A stretch of DNA of 64,000 nucleotides from an uncultured Gammaproteobacteria bacterium (GTDB taxonomy: Bacteria; Pseudomonadota; Gammaproteobacteria; JABCZS01): NCBI GenBank assembly GCA_963848305.1, contig CAWKDC010000001.1, positions 288,001-352,000 of the forward strand. Reading direction: 5' to 3'. The position numbers and the translations under genes were made by a program. Below are positions 1 to 9,910 of the stretch, one piece after another; positions within the stretch are counted from its first letter, which is position 1, and each line of letters begins with the position of its first letter. The notes beneath the pieces were generated by a model. That model saw only the letters and a program-made list of their open reading frames with translations. It did no database searches and was not told the origin of the DNA.

Positions 1-141
1 CATCATGGGTTTTGCTGCAGGTGCCATAGCGGCAGGGGCTGGCGCTGCAGCAGGAGCAGCTGCTGTCGCAGCGATAGCAACATTAGCAGCCAACAGGCTA
101 GCCAATACCACGGTGTTTAATACAGTATTCTTCATAGACAT
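1..141 (-). CDS. Partial (runs off window) secreted Ala/Pro-rich protein, divergent from ompR
   Basis: Hand translation MSMKNTVLNTVVLASLLAANVAIAATAAAPAAAPAPAAMAPAAKPMM; GGAGG RBS at 148-152; Sec signal peptide shape. Not in ORF track. Confidence 0.7.
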   Translation of the reverse strand, partial: MSMKNTVLNTVVLASLLAANVAIAATAAAPAAAPAPAAMAPAAKPMM

Positions 142-233
142 AGTAATCCTCCAAAAGGAAAAATGAGACTCATTGCATTAAATATACTCTATTTTTTTCA
201 AATCACCAGTGAAAAAGCAGCTAAAATATAGCC

Positions 234-947
234 ATGAACGAACTTAAACACCATATCCTTGTCGTCGATGATGACGATAAATTGCGCCGTCTGCTGGAGC
301 GTTTCCTTAAAGATCAAGGCTTTGAGGTATCAACTGCCCCTGACGGCGCCGCCATGGACAAGCGTTTAGAGCGCGAACACATTGACTTGATTGTCCTAGA
401 CCGCATGATGCCTGGCGAAAGTGGGATTGAGATATGCCGGCGATTGCGTGAACAGCCCTCCTCTCCAGCCATTTTAATGCTCACAGCCCAATCTGATGAG
501 GAAGAAAGGATCCTTGGATTGGAATCAGGTGCTGATGATTATTTACCCAAACCATTCAATCCACGCGAACTATTGGCGCGAATTCGTGCTATCTTAAGGC
601 GCCTGCCAACTGAGATTCCTGGCGCTCCTACAAACGATGTGATTTCATTTAGCAACATGGAGGTCGATTTAGCCCAAAGGACGCTAACCCAGAATGGCGT
701 AGAAATGGAATTATCGAGCGGGGAATTCGCATTGTTAAAGGCATTGGTGATGCGCCCGTATCAAACCCTTTCGCGCGAACAATTGATGCACCTGGCAAGG
801 GGAAAAGATTTTGATCCAAACGATCGCACCATTGACACACAAGTATCCCGTTTGAGAAAATTAATCGAGCGAGATCCTGTTCACCCCAAACATATTCAAA
901 CAGTGTGGGGCAAAGGTTATGTATTTATCCCGGAGGGGGAAAAGTAG
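234..947 (+). CDS. ompR: OmpR-family response regulator
   Basis: Receiver ILVVDDD...LDRMMP...DDYLPKPFNPRELLARIRAILRR; winged-helix end IQTVWGKGYVFIPEG. Confidence 0.85.
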   Translation: MNELKHHILVVDDDDKLRRLLERFLKDQGFEVSTAPDGAAMDKRLEREHIDLIVLDRMMPGESGIEICRRLREQPSSPAILMLTAQSDEEERILGLESGADDYLPKPFNPRELLARIRAILRRLPTEIPGAPTNDVISFSNMEVDLAQRTLTQNGVEMELSSGEFALLKALVMRPYQTLSREQLMHLARGKDFDPNDRTIDTQVSRLRKLIERDPVHPKHIQTVWGKGYVFIPEGEK

Positions 948-950
948 TTC

Positions 951-2234
951 ATGAGAAGTTTTATGCCGAGAAAGATTTCAACTCGAATTGTAGCGCTCAT
1001 TTTATTCATTTTGCTCGCGAATGCAGCCTTAACCACCATTTTCTCAAGGCAACATGCAAAAGAACTGGCGCAACAAAAAACAACACAAGTCTTGAAAGCC
1101 GTCATCAGCTATATCGCCACGAATTCGTCTGTATTGCACATCGATAAAGTACTGGAAACTTATGGCATTCAAATTGTAGCGCATCCGACAGCGCACGTGC
1201 TTCCTGCGCAGAACGATATTCTTCAAAAGATATCGCTTGATTTCAACAAAGCCCATAAATCTAAAATTTCTCTCTATGAAGACAAGGCCCAGCCCAACAT
1301 TCTATATATTTTATACACGCCATCTAGAGACAATAGCCACCAATGGTTAACAATACCACAGGAACCTGTTGAAAAACACTCGATAACGATTGCGCATGCT
1401 GAAGAATTTATCATTCTCTTGATCATATTTTTGGGCAGTTATTTCACGGCAAGAACCATCAACAAACCGCTTGAAAAAATCATGAAAAGTCTTGACGATT
1501 TTGGCCTCAACATTATCCCCTCTCAACTGCCAGAAGAAGGTTCAGAAGAGATAGAGCATTTGGCTCGAAGTGTGAACCAAATGATCCGCAATCATCATGC
1601 GTTGGCCAAAGAACGCGAACTCATGCTCGCCGGCATTTCACATGATCTACGAACTCCGCTGACACGTTTGCAATTACTGGCAGAGCTATCGAGCGCATCA
1701 CCTGATACCGTCACTGCAATGAAAGAAGAAATTGAGCAGATCACCAAAATGCAACAACAATTCATCGATTTTATCACGGCATCGACTCAGGAAACATCTG
1801 ACTGGGTTCATCTCAATGAGTTCTGCCAAGAACTTGCGAATAAATATCGATTGTCATCTCAAATCATTCATCTTGATACACATGGCATCACAGATATCGT
1901 CTTGAAAACGCAGCCAATCGGTTTATACCGGATTTTAACGAATGGTATCAATAATGCCATTAAATATGGCGAGCCACCCTATTCAATTGAATTGAAAGAA
2001 AATGACAAGGAAGTGACGATCAATATCAAAGACATGGGTGTTGGCGTGCCAGACAATATGTTATTAGAAATTTTCAAACCGCTTTATCGAGGAGATGCTG
2101 CCAGGCAAAATGCCGATGGCAGTGGTTTAGGGCTTGCCATTATTTCTCGGATTGTTGAGCGCTTAGGTGGAACCATTCGAGCCTATAATTTACAGCCAAA
2201 AGGTTTTTGTCTTGAAATAAAATTGCCTAAATAA
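951..2234 (+). CDS. envZ: EnvZ-like sensor histidine kinase (2 TM, HAMP, HisKA, HATPase)
   Basis: H-box SHDLRTPLTRL, N-box NAIKYG, G boxes DMGVG and GSGLGLAI; 3 nt after ompR. Confidence 0.75.
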   Translation: MRSFMPRKISTRIVALILFILLANAALTTIFSRQHAKELAQQKTTQVLKAVISYIATNSSVLHIDKVLETYGIQIVAHPTAHVLPAQNDILQKISLDFNKAHKSKISLYEDKAQPNILYILYTPSRDNSHQWLTIPQEPVEKHSITIAHAEEFIILLIIFLGSYFTARTINKPLEKIMKSLDDFGLNIIPSQLPEEGSEEIEHLARSVNQMIRNHHALAKERELMLAGISHDLRTPLTRLQLLAELSSASPDTVTAMKEEIEQITKMQQQFIDFITASTQETSDWVHLNEFCQELANKYRLSSQIIHLDTHGITDIVLKTQPIGLYRILTNGINNAIKYGEPPYSIELKENDKEVTINIKDMGVGVPDNMLLEIFKPLYRGDAARQNADGSGLGLAIISRIVERLGGTIRAYNLQPKGFCLEIKLPK

Positions 2235-2257
2235 GACATGTCCTCTTACGTCCATGC

Positions 2258-3007
2258 TCAAGCCCCAGAAGATGACGCCTTGCAGACCCCTTCACCTGGC
2301 GGTGGTTTAGGGGGTGCTTGACGGCCTTCACCCTTGATAAATACACCTTTAGAACCCGCTTGTGCAGCCGCAGCCGCTTGTTGCCTCAGTTGGTTGAATC
2401 CCCCTGGTTTAAAGCCTTGGCTTAAGCTCGCAGGCATGCTGAATGTACGTGTAAATTGGCCATTAGGCGTGACTTCTATCCCTGGATGTTCAGTATCAAG
2501 ACGAACCTCTTGTCCAGTGGGTAACTTTAAATTGACAGCCCCTTCTTCGATGAAAGCATCCACATTCTGTTGAATACCCAGGGTATAAGCTGTTCCCTGA
2601 ATGGTTAATGTGGTGGTTTCAGCTTTGATTTGATAAGCAGTAGGGCTACGCTTGCCCAGCTCCCCCGTGATGGTTCTGAATGCACCATAAAGAAGCTCAA
2701 TGAAATAAGAATCCTTCTCTGGCTCCGATTCGGTGTAATGATAGTCACTGATTTTGTAAGAAGTTTTTTCACGCAGCTCGACCAATGTGCCATCCACAAA
2801 ACGAAGAGATGCACTTGCAGCTTCCCCAGTCGTGATGACATCTTTAGAAAAAAAATCATCGTTACGTTTTAATGGCCTCTTGGGGGCGCCCCCATTACTA
2901 GCAAATACGTCACCATCTGCGGCAATCACTTTACCGGCAGATAACTGGGCATCGGCAAAGGCAATAGAGAACATCAAGCAAAGCAGCAACGCGAAGATGT
3001 ATTTCAA
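2258..3007 (-). CDS. Secreted FecR-domain protein
   Basis: Signal peptide (AFA-D); FecR-like pattern DVITTGEAASASLRFVDGTLVEL...LYGAFR...TLTIQGT...IEEGAV. Confidence 0.8.
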   Translation of the reverse strand: MKYIFALLLCLMFSIAFADAQLSAGKVIAADGDVFASNGGAPKRPLKRNDDFFSKDVITTGEAASASLRFVDGTLVELREKTSYKISDYHYTESEPEKDSYFIELLYGAFRTITGELGKRSPTAYQIKAETTTLTIQGTAYTLGIQQNVDAFIEEGAVNLKLPTGQEVRLDTEHPGIEVTPNGQFTRTFSMPASLSQGFKPGGFNQLRQQAAAAAQAGSKGVFIKGEGRQAPPKPPPGEGVCKASSSGA

Positions 3008-3796
3008 TTAATATCCTCCCGATGATAAATCCAGATGAAGTTCAAAATCTTTCACACGGAATACTGATGTTTCAAAAGTACCATCATCACGAAGGGTGAT
3101 CGTACGGTACCCTGGCATGATTTGCTCCAGCCCAAATGTTTTGCTCTGGCGTGAAAACTGAAAACATGTTGAAGGTGAAGTATAGACTGGTATGCCATGG
3201 CTTTCAGTGTAAAATTCCTGATGCACATGTCCACAGAAAATGCCCTTCACGTGATGAAAGGGTTCTATCATTGTCCAAAAATCATCCGAGTTCGTTAACA
3301 TCAATCTATCAAGCCATTCGGATCCAACCTTAACAGGCGGATGATGCATAAAAATGAGTGTGTGATGCTCAGGATAATTGCCCAGTGTCATATTCAAAAA
3401 AGTCAATTCATCATCGGTTAAAAGTCCCTCAACAGCTTCACGTTTTTGTGTGTTAAGCAAAATAATATTCCAATTATCGATCACCAGCTGTCTATTTTCC
3501 TGTAAATTTTTTTCATGAAAAACGGTTAACATGTGATCTTCACTGTCATGGTTGCCTGGAATACCATATTTGGGGCAAGAAAAAATATGCAAACGATCTG
3601 TTAATTTTTGATATGTCTGGATGGCTTCGTCTTGTGCCAAATCACCGGTTAAAAACATAACGTCAGGCTTGGGATGCTGTTGCTCTACAAGGGACACCAC
3701 TGCATTGAAACTGTCCCAAGTTTTCATGCCCAATAATGTGCCATCCTTGTCTTTAAATAGATGCATGTCAGTTATTTGAATAATATTCTTAGACAC
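3008..3796 (-). CDS. cpdA: 3',5'-cyclic-AMP phosphodiesterase (class III metallophosphoesterase)
   Basis: DMH, TGDLAQD, GNHD, HHPP, GHVH, SPSTCFQF motifs and C-terminal GGY. Confidence 0.93.
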   Translation of the reverse strand: MSKNIIQITDMHLFKDKDGTLLGMKTWDSFNAVVSLVEQQHPKPDVMFLTGDLAQDEAIQTYQKLTDRLHIFSCPKYGIPGNHDSEDHMLTVFHEKNLQENRQLVIDNWNIILLNTQKREAVEGLLTDDELTFLNMTLGNYPEHHTLIFMHHPPVKVGSEWLDRLMLTNSDDFWTMIEPFHHVKGIFCGHVHQEFYTESHGIPVYTSPSTCFQFSRQSKTFGLEQIMPGYRTITLRDDGTFETSVFRVKDFELHLDLSSGGY

Positions 3797-3881
3797 AATT
3801 TTTCCCCAAATGATTGTTCCAATTTGACATTTACAGCTATTATTAAATAGTGTAGCTCATGGATCTAATGGAGACAATAAG

Positions 3882-6104
3882 TTGATTTTAAATAAAATCT
3901 CACAAAAAATGCAGCCCATCCTGCTTGGATTGTTTATCACGATTGGCGTACTTTGGTTCGATACCACACAACATCCAGGCGCAAGCTTAGTACGCGAGCG
4001 TTTAAATAATCTCTTTTACGACATGCATATGCGTATTAATATCATTCAAAACAAACCTAAAGAAAGCAATATCATGATCGTCGATATTAATGATGAAACC
4101 ATGAACAAAATGGGGCGATGGCCATGGCCACGGGATACGGTTGCCACATTGATAGACATTCTCAGAGAACAGGGTGCAGCAGTGATTGCCATGGACATTG
4201 TTTTTCCGGAAGCAGAAAAAAACATGGTAGATTCAATTCTTGAACGCGCGCCGAGTCATACACTGAGTCCTGAAACGATTCATGATTTGATTGGCATCAA
4301 GCCAAGCTATGATCACGATAACGCGCTTGCCAAGGCCATTGCCACGCCTGACGTTGTGGCTGGTTATATCTTGACGGCTGAAAAGGGTCAACATATTGGC
4401 ACATTACCACCTCCCCTTGAAACTTTATCGCCTGACAAAATAGACCATGTGTTTGTGCGTGAAATGAGCGGTTATATCGGTATAACACCGGTTTTGGCGG
4501 CAAGCGCACAGAGCACCGGTTTTGTCACCACCTTGACAGACGATGATGGCGTCATTCGCCACTACCCTGTGGTGCTCGAATATCAAAATGCCATTTATCC
4601 ATCATTGGCGTTGAGTGCCGTCAAACAATATTTATTGTTAAATGAGATCAAATTAAATTGGGTGAATATTGGTAATGATTTTTCTTTATCAGATATTCTT
4701 TTTGGCACCAGAAAAATACACACTGATGGAAGTGGACAGGTATTAATTCCATATAGAAATCTGCAGAATATTTATAATTATGTCTCGGCTGAAGATATTT
4801 TTGCTCGAAAAAATGATCCTAAATTTGTTCATGGTAAAATTGTTTTTATAGGAACGTCTGCAGCAGGTTTGGGGGATTTACATACTACCCCCATTGAAAC
4901 CTCATTTCCTGGCGTTGAAATTCATGCAACAGTTGCTGATACATTGCTATCAGGTAAATTTCCCTACAAACCTGATTGGGCAATTGGCGCACAGATTTCT
5001 CTCATTATTTTTGTCGGCATTGTGTTTTCAGTTTTGCTCCCATTCATGCCCGTTTGGTTAACCATATTTATACCAATGGTGTGCATGACAGCCCTACTCT
5101 ACTTAGACGATATGCTCTGGGATCACCTTAATTTATATTTACCATTTTTTTCAGCAGTATTGAATATTTTTCTGATCACTGTGTTCGCATTGATGCATGG
5201 TTTTATATTTGAAACCCGAAAGAGATCACAGCTCAAACACATGTTCGGTCAATACATTCCACCTGAACAAGTTGAAAAAATGTCTGACTCCAACAGAAAT
5301 TATGGTTTTGAAGGAGAAAGTCGTGAAATGACTGTCCTATTTGCAGATATTCGCAACTTTACCGGCATCAGTGAACACATGGATCCCACCGTACTCAAGA
5401 AATTTTTGAATGATTTCTTTACACCCATGACAAAATCAATCTTTGAACACAATGGTACCATCGATAAATATGTAGGTGACATGATCATGGCGTTCTGGGG
5501 CGCCCCCCTGGAGAATCCCCATCATGCGCTTGATGCCGTTAAAACAGGCTTTGAAATGCTGCGTATAGCAACAACGCTAAAGGAAAATTTTGACTCCATT
5601 GGCGTGAGAGATCTGCACATTGGCATCGGCATTAACACAGGTAAAATGAACGTCGGCGACATGGGATCAGAGTATAGACGTTCTTATACCGTTTTGGGAG
5701 ACTCCGTTAACTTGGCATCTCGTCTTGAGAGTTCCACCAAATTCTATGGCACTTATTTTATCATCAGTGAACATACGCTCAAGGAATGCAAAGGAGAGGT
5801 TGTCTGCCGTCACTTGGACCGTGTCAAGGTGAAAGGCAAAATCGATGCGATTGATATTTATGAACCTATTTGCATGCGGGATCAACTGACGTCCGAAATT
5901 AAAACGGAATTGGGCATGCTGACGGAAGCACAGCATCATTACTTCCAAGCTGAATGGGATCAGGCTATTGCTGGTTTTGAAGCATTGAACCAGGCATTCC
6001 CGGGTCATAAGCTTTATGAATTATATGTCGACCGTATCAAAGCGATGAAGGATGTGGGGATCACAGCACCTTGGGACGGATGCTTTGTGCGTGACGAAAA
6101 ATAG
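3882..6104 (+). CDS. CHASE2-domain class III adenylate cyclase
   Basis: CHASE2 motifs GRWPWPR, DDDGVIR, PGVEIHA; 3 TM; catalytic FADIRNFT, DKYVGD, YTVLGDSVNLASRLE (K/T pair indicates ATP specificity). Confidence 0.92.
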   Translation: MILNKISQKMQPILLGLFITIGVLWFDTTQHPGASLVRERLNNLFYDMHMRINIIQNKPKESNIMIVDINDETMNKMGRWPWPRDTVATLIDILREQGAAVIAMDIVFPEAEKNMVDSILERAPSHTLSPETIHDLIGIKPSYDHDNALAKAIATPDVVAGYILTAEKGQHIGTLPPPLETLSPDKIDHVFVREMSGYIGITPVLAASAQSTGFVTTLTDDDGVIRHYPVVLEYQNAIYPSLALSAVKQYLLLNEIKLNWVNIGNDFSLSDILFGTRKIHTDGSGQVLIPYRNLQNIYNYVSAEDIFARKNDPKFVHGKIVFIGTSAAGLGDLHTTPIETSFPGVEIHATVADTLLSGKFPYKPDWAIGAQISLIIFVGIVFSVLLPFMPVWLTIFIPMVCMTALLYLDDMLWDHLNLYLPFFSAVLNIFLITVFALMHGFIFETRKRSQLKHMFGQYIPPEQVEKMSDSNRNYGFEGESREMTVLFADIRNFTGISEHMDPTVLKKFLNDFFTPMTKSIFEHNGTIDKYVGDMIMAFWGAPLENPHHALDAVKTGFEMLRIATTLKENFDSIGVRDLHIGIGINTGKMNVGDMGSEYRRSYTVLGDSVNLASRLESSTKFYGTYFIISEHTLKECKGEVVCRHLDRVKVKGKIDAIDIYEPICMRDQLTSEIKTELGMLTEAQHHYFQAEWDQAIAGFEALNQAFPGHKLYELYVDRIKAMKDVGITAPWDGCFVRDEK

Positions 6105-6119
6105 TGGTAAAATGCTGCC

Positions 6120-9100
6120 ATGATTTATACTTATCCTGCCGCTGTTCTCGGCTTAAAGCTCAGCGAATTGATTGCCCAAGCCAATGCTCCAATACTGGTT
6201 ATTGTCGAAGAAAGCACCAGTTTGCAGCGGATTCAAGATGAATGCCACTTTTACCTCGGGCACAACTTCCCCATGATGGTTCTCCCAGACTGGGAAACCC
6301 TGCCTTACGACCATTTTTCGCCCCATGAAGATATCATTTCAGCCAGGCTTAAGGTCATGTCTACACTCCCCCAACTGACCAAGGGAGTGGTCTTCACGAC
6401 GGCCAGCACCCTGATGCATCGTTTACCCCCCGTTGATTTTGTGAGTGCTCATAGCCATGTCTATCGGCAGGGTGAGAAGCTCAATATTATCCCCTTTCGT
6501 GAACGCTTGCAGTCAGCCGGTTATCGGGCTGTCAACCAGGTTTATCAGCATGGTGAATATGCCCTTCGTGGGTCCATTTTAGACTTGTATCCCATGGGGT
6601 CATCGCGCCCCATTCGTATTGATTTATTTGATGACGACATTGACACGATTCGTTTTTTTGATCCAGAAACGCAACGCTCTGATGCACCAATCGATGCTTT
6701 CGAACTGTTGCCTGCCCATGAATTTCTGCTCACCGACGAAGCCACCTCGCAATTCCGCAGTGCTTGGCGTGCACGATTTTCTGGTGATCCGATGCAATGT
6801 CGCGTGTATGAAAGTATTTCAAAAGGCCAAGCACCTGCCGGCATTGAATATTACTTACCGCTTTTTTTCAATCAAACGACATCCCTCGTTGATTTCCTCC
6901 CGCAAAATGGCCTCATCATCAAAATCAATGATCTGGCCAAGCGATGTGATGATTATTTTCGTGAGACCGAAAAACGATATGAGCAATATTCGCATGATAT
7001 GAGTATGCCTATTTTGAAACCCTGTGAAATCATCTTTTCAACCTCAGCACTATTGGCTCAGGTAAATTCTAGAAAATCAATTCACTTGAAGTCAGGTAAT
7101 GATGAAACAGGAAAATACTCAATATTACCTGATCTCAAACTGGAACATCAGAAGCAGTATCCTTTGCAAAAACTGTCTGATTTTCTTTTACAATATTCAA
7201 AAGACAAGATATTATTTTCTGCCGAATCAAAAGGTCGTCGAGAAACACTGCACGAAACACTCAAGCCTTTGTCGCTCCATCTCACTGACATTCAACATTG
7301 GGATGACTTTGTGAATGCCCCGATAGGACGATATATCAGCGCGGCTCCCATTGAACAAGGTTATATTGACAATCAAAATCACCTGCTGGTGATCACAGAA
7401 CAAGATCTGCTTGGCGAACATGTGCGCCAAACGAGAACCAAAGGCACTAAAACATCCTCTGAATGGGTGATTAAAAATCTTGTCGAACTGAAAGTTGGTG
7501 AATCCGTTGTGCATGAAACGCACGGTATTGGGCGATATTTGGGATTAAAAACGCTCACCATCGATGGCGTTCCCGGTGAATTTTTACAGCTAGAGTATGC
7601 AAATCAAGATAAAATTTATGTGCCCATTCAAAAGTTGGGTTTGATCAGCAGGTATGGTGGTCTCGACAGTGATCATGCTCCCCTTACCCGTTTGGGCACA
7701 AAGCAGTGGGATAATGCCAAGCGTGCGGCCATTGAAAAGATCAGGGATACGGCTGCTGAATTATTGAATATTTATGCACTGCGTAAAGCAAAGTCTGGCT
7801 TTGCGCATAAACCACTAGATGACACGTACCTGGCTTTTGCGAATAGTTTTCCGTTTGAAGAAACGGCTGATCAATCCAGAGCCATTCAGGAAATGATCAC
7901 TGACATGTTGTCTCCTCAACCCATGGACAGGTTGATTTGTGGTGATGTGGGTTTTGGAAAAACTGAGGTCGCCATGCGTGCGGCATTCATTGCAGCGCAC
8001 AGCGGAAAACAGGTAGCTATTCTAGTGCCAACAACTTTGCTCGCAGAGCAACACTATGAATCTTTCAAAGATCGATTCGCCGACTTCCCGATCACAATCT
8101 ATTCATTGTCTCGATTTTCAAGCGAGAAAGAAAAACTCAAAACAATCGATCAAATTAAAGAAGGCAAGGCTGATATTGTGATTGGTACTCATGCCCTGTT
8201 GAATCATTTATCTGATTTCAAGGAATTGGGTCTGATCATTATTGACGAAGAGCATCGATTTGGGGTGCGTCAAAAAGAGAAAATGAAATCAATTCGTTCT
8301 AGCATTGATGTACTCACGCTCACTGCAACGCCCATTCCGCGCACACTGAACATGGCCATGCACACCATCCGAGATTTGTCGATCATCGCCTCTCCCCCTA
8401 AGCGTAGGTTGTCCGTCAAAACATTTGTCAGGGAATTTGACGAACAAATCGTTAAAGAGGCCATTTTGCGAGAAGTCTTGCGTGGAGGTCAGGTTTATTA
8501 TTTGCACAATAAAGTTGAAACGATCGAAAGAACTGCTGACATGCTCAGACGATGGGTGCCTGATGCCAAAATTGAATTGGCACATGGCCAGATGCGAGAG
8601 CGTGATCTCGAGAAAACCATGGCTGATTTTCATCATCAACGTTTCAATGTATTGGTTTGTACAACAATCATTGAAACTGGCATCGACATTCCCACAGCAA
8701 ACACTATTATTATAGAACGTGCAGATATGTTTGGTCTCGCACAATTGCATCAATTGCGCGGCCGCGTGGGACGATCTCATCATCAAGCGTATGCTTATTT
8801 GTTTACACCACAGGAAAAAGAAATCACCAGCGATGCAGAAAAGCGTCTGACGGCCATTGAATCCCTAGAAGATTTAGGCGCAGGATTCATGCTGGCTACA
8901 CATGATTTGGAAATCCGAGGCGCAGGAGAAATTCTCGGGGAAGAACAAAGCGGTCACATGCAAAGCATTGGGTTCACATTGTATACTGAATTACTGGAAC
9001 GTGCTGTAGAATCCATTAAATCTGGTAAAGAGATCAGCGCGGAATCTCTCGAAAAAGAGGAAATTGAGATTAATTTGCGCATTCCTGCTCTCATTCCAGA

Positions 9101-9488
9101 TACTTATATGCCAGATGTTCATACTCGTCTCATCTTTTACAAACGACTTGCATCCTGTCCGGATAACGAGACCACTGATGAACTGCAAATTGAAATGATA
9201 GATCGCTTTGGTTTATTGCCTCAACCTTTGAAAAATCTTTTCATGATCACCAAAATGCGTTTGACCGCACAAAAAATAGGTGTGCGTAAAATTGAAATTG
9301 GCAATGAAGGAGGATATATTGAGTTTGGCCAAAACCCTCAGCTGAATACTTCATTTTTACTGACACTTATTCAGACAAAACCCAAACAATATCGATTGAA
9401 AGGAAACAAAGCATTATATTTAACCTACCCGATCCCAGAGACAGATAGGATACGAACCGTTCAGGCATTATTATTTGATTTGCAATAA
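6120..9488 (+). CDS. mfd: Transcription-repair coupling factor
   Basis: LPDWETLPYD, CGDVGFGKTEVA, DEEHRFGV, QLRGRVGRS, DLEIRGAGE, C-terminal TRCF domain. Confidence 0.98.
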   Translation: MIYTYPAAVLGLKLSELIAQANAPILVIVEESTSLQRIQDECHFYLGHNFPMMVLPDWETLPYDHFSPHEDIISARLKVMSTLPQLTKGVVFTTASTLMHRLPPVDFVSAHSHVYRQGEKLNIIPFRERLQSAGYRAVNQVYQHGEYALRGSILDLYPMGSSRPIRIDLFDDDIDTIRFFDPETQRSDAPIDAFELLPAHEFLLTDEATSQFRSAWRARFSGDPMQCRVYESISKGQAPAGIEYYLPLFFNQTTSLVDFLPQNGLIIKINDLAKRCDDYFRETEKRYEQYSHDMSMPILKPCEIIFSTSALLAQVNSRKSIHLKSGNDETGKYSILPDLKLEHQKQYPLQKLSDFLLQYSKDKILFSAESKGRRETLHETLKPLSLHLTDIQHWDDFVNAPIGRYISAAPIEQGYIDNQNHLLVITEQDLLGEHVRQTRTKGTKTSSEWVIKNLVELKVGESVVHETHGIGRYLGLKTLTIDGVPGEFLQLEYANQDKIYVPIQKLGLISRYGGLDSDHAPLTRLGTKQWDNAKRAAIEKIRDTAAELLNIYALRKAKSGFAHKPLDDTYLAFANSFPFEETADQSRAIQEMITDMLSPQPMDRLICGDVGFGKTEVAMRAAFIAAHSGKQVAILVPTTLLAEQHYESFKDRFADFPITIYSLSRFSSEKEKLKTIDQIKEGKADIVIGTHALLNHLSDFKELGLIIIDEEHRFGVRQKEKMKSIRSSIDVLTLTATPIPRTLNMAMHTIRDLSIIASPPKRRLSVKTFVREFDEQIVKEAILREVLRGGQVYYLHNKVETIERTADMLRRWVPDAKIELAHGQMRERDLEKTMADFHHQRFNVLVCTTIIETGIDIPTANTIIIERADMFGLAQLHQLRGRVGRSHHQAYAYLFTPQEKEITSDAEKRLTAIESLEDLGAGFMLATHDLEIRGAGEILGEEQSGHMQSIGFTLYTELLERAVESIKSGKEISAESLEKEEIEINLRIPALIPDTYMPDVHTRLIFYKRLASCPDNETTDELQIEMIDRFGLLPQPLKNLFMITKMRLTAQKIGVRKIEIGNEGGYIEFGQNPQLNTSFLLTLIQTKPKQYRLKGNKALYLTYPIPETDRIRTVQALLFDLQ

Positions 9489-9585
9489 ATGACCTATTAA
9501 CAATCTATACTTTCTGCTTCGATGCACATTTCCCCACCCCATGCTACACTCCAAATGAGCCCTTGTTGTTTTTGGGGAGTATTTT

Positions 9586-9903
9586 ATGCCAGTCCTATGG
9601 TCGTATGGTCGTAAAACGCATCTGTCACCTGCAGAAGTGGATGAATTTATTTCAAAAATTCCTCCTAACGTCAATCCGATATTTTATCTGATGAATGAAT
9701 CGTCTGCGCTCAACAAGTATGATGTTCTTTCGGCTCGTTTGCAAATTATTCAGGTGCTGCTAGAAAGGAACCCAGCATTGGCACATTCAACGAACGCGAT
9801 GGGAGATACCCCGCTGACCTTAGCAAAAGAATCCGGCCAAACAGCCCTGATTAACCTATTAACAGATATAGGAAATAAGCAAAATCGTCCATCAATGCTA
9901 TAA
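9586..9903 (+). CDS. Small ankyrin-repeat protein
   Basis: IIQVLLE...NAMGDTPLTLAKESGQTALINLL ankyrin consensus; GGGGAG RBS. Confidence 0.7.
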   Translation: MPVLWSYGRKTHLSPAEVDEFISKIPPNVNPIFYLMNESSALNKYDVLSARLQIIQVLLERNPALAHSTNAMGDTPLTLAKESGQTALINLLTDIGNKQNRPSML

Positions 9904-9910
9904 TTTTTGA

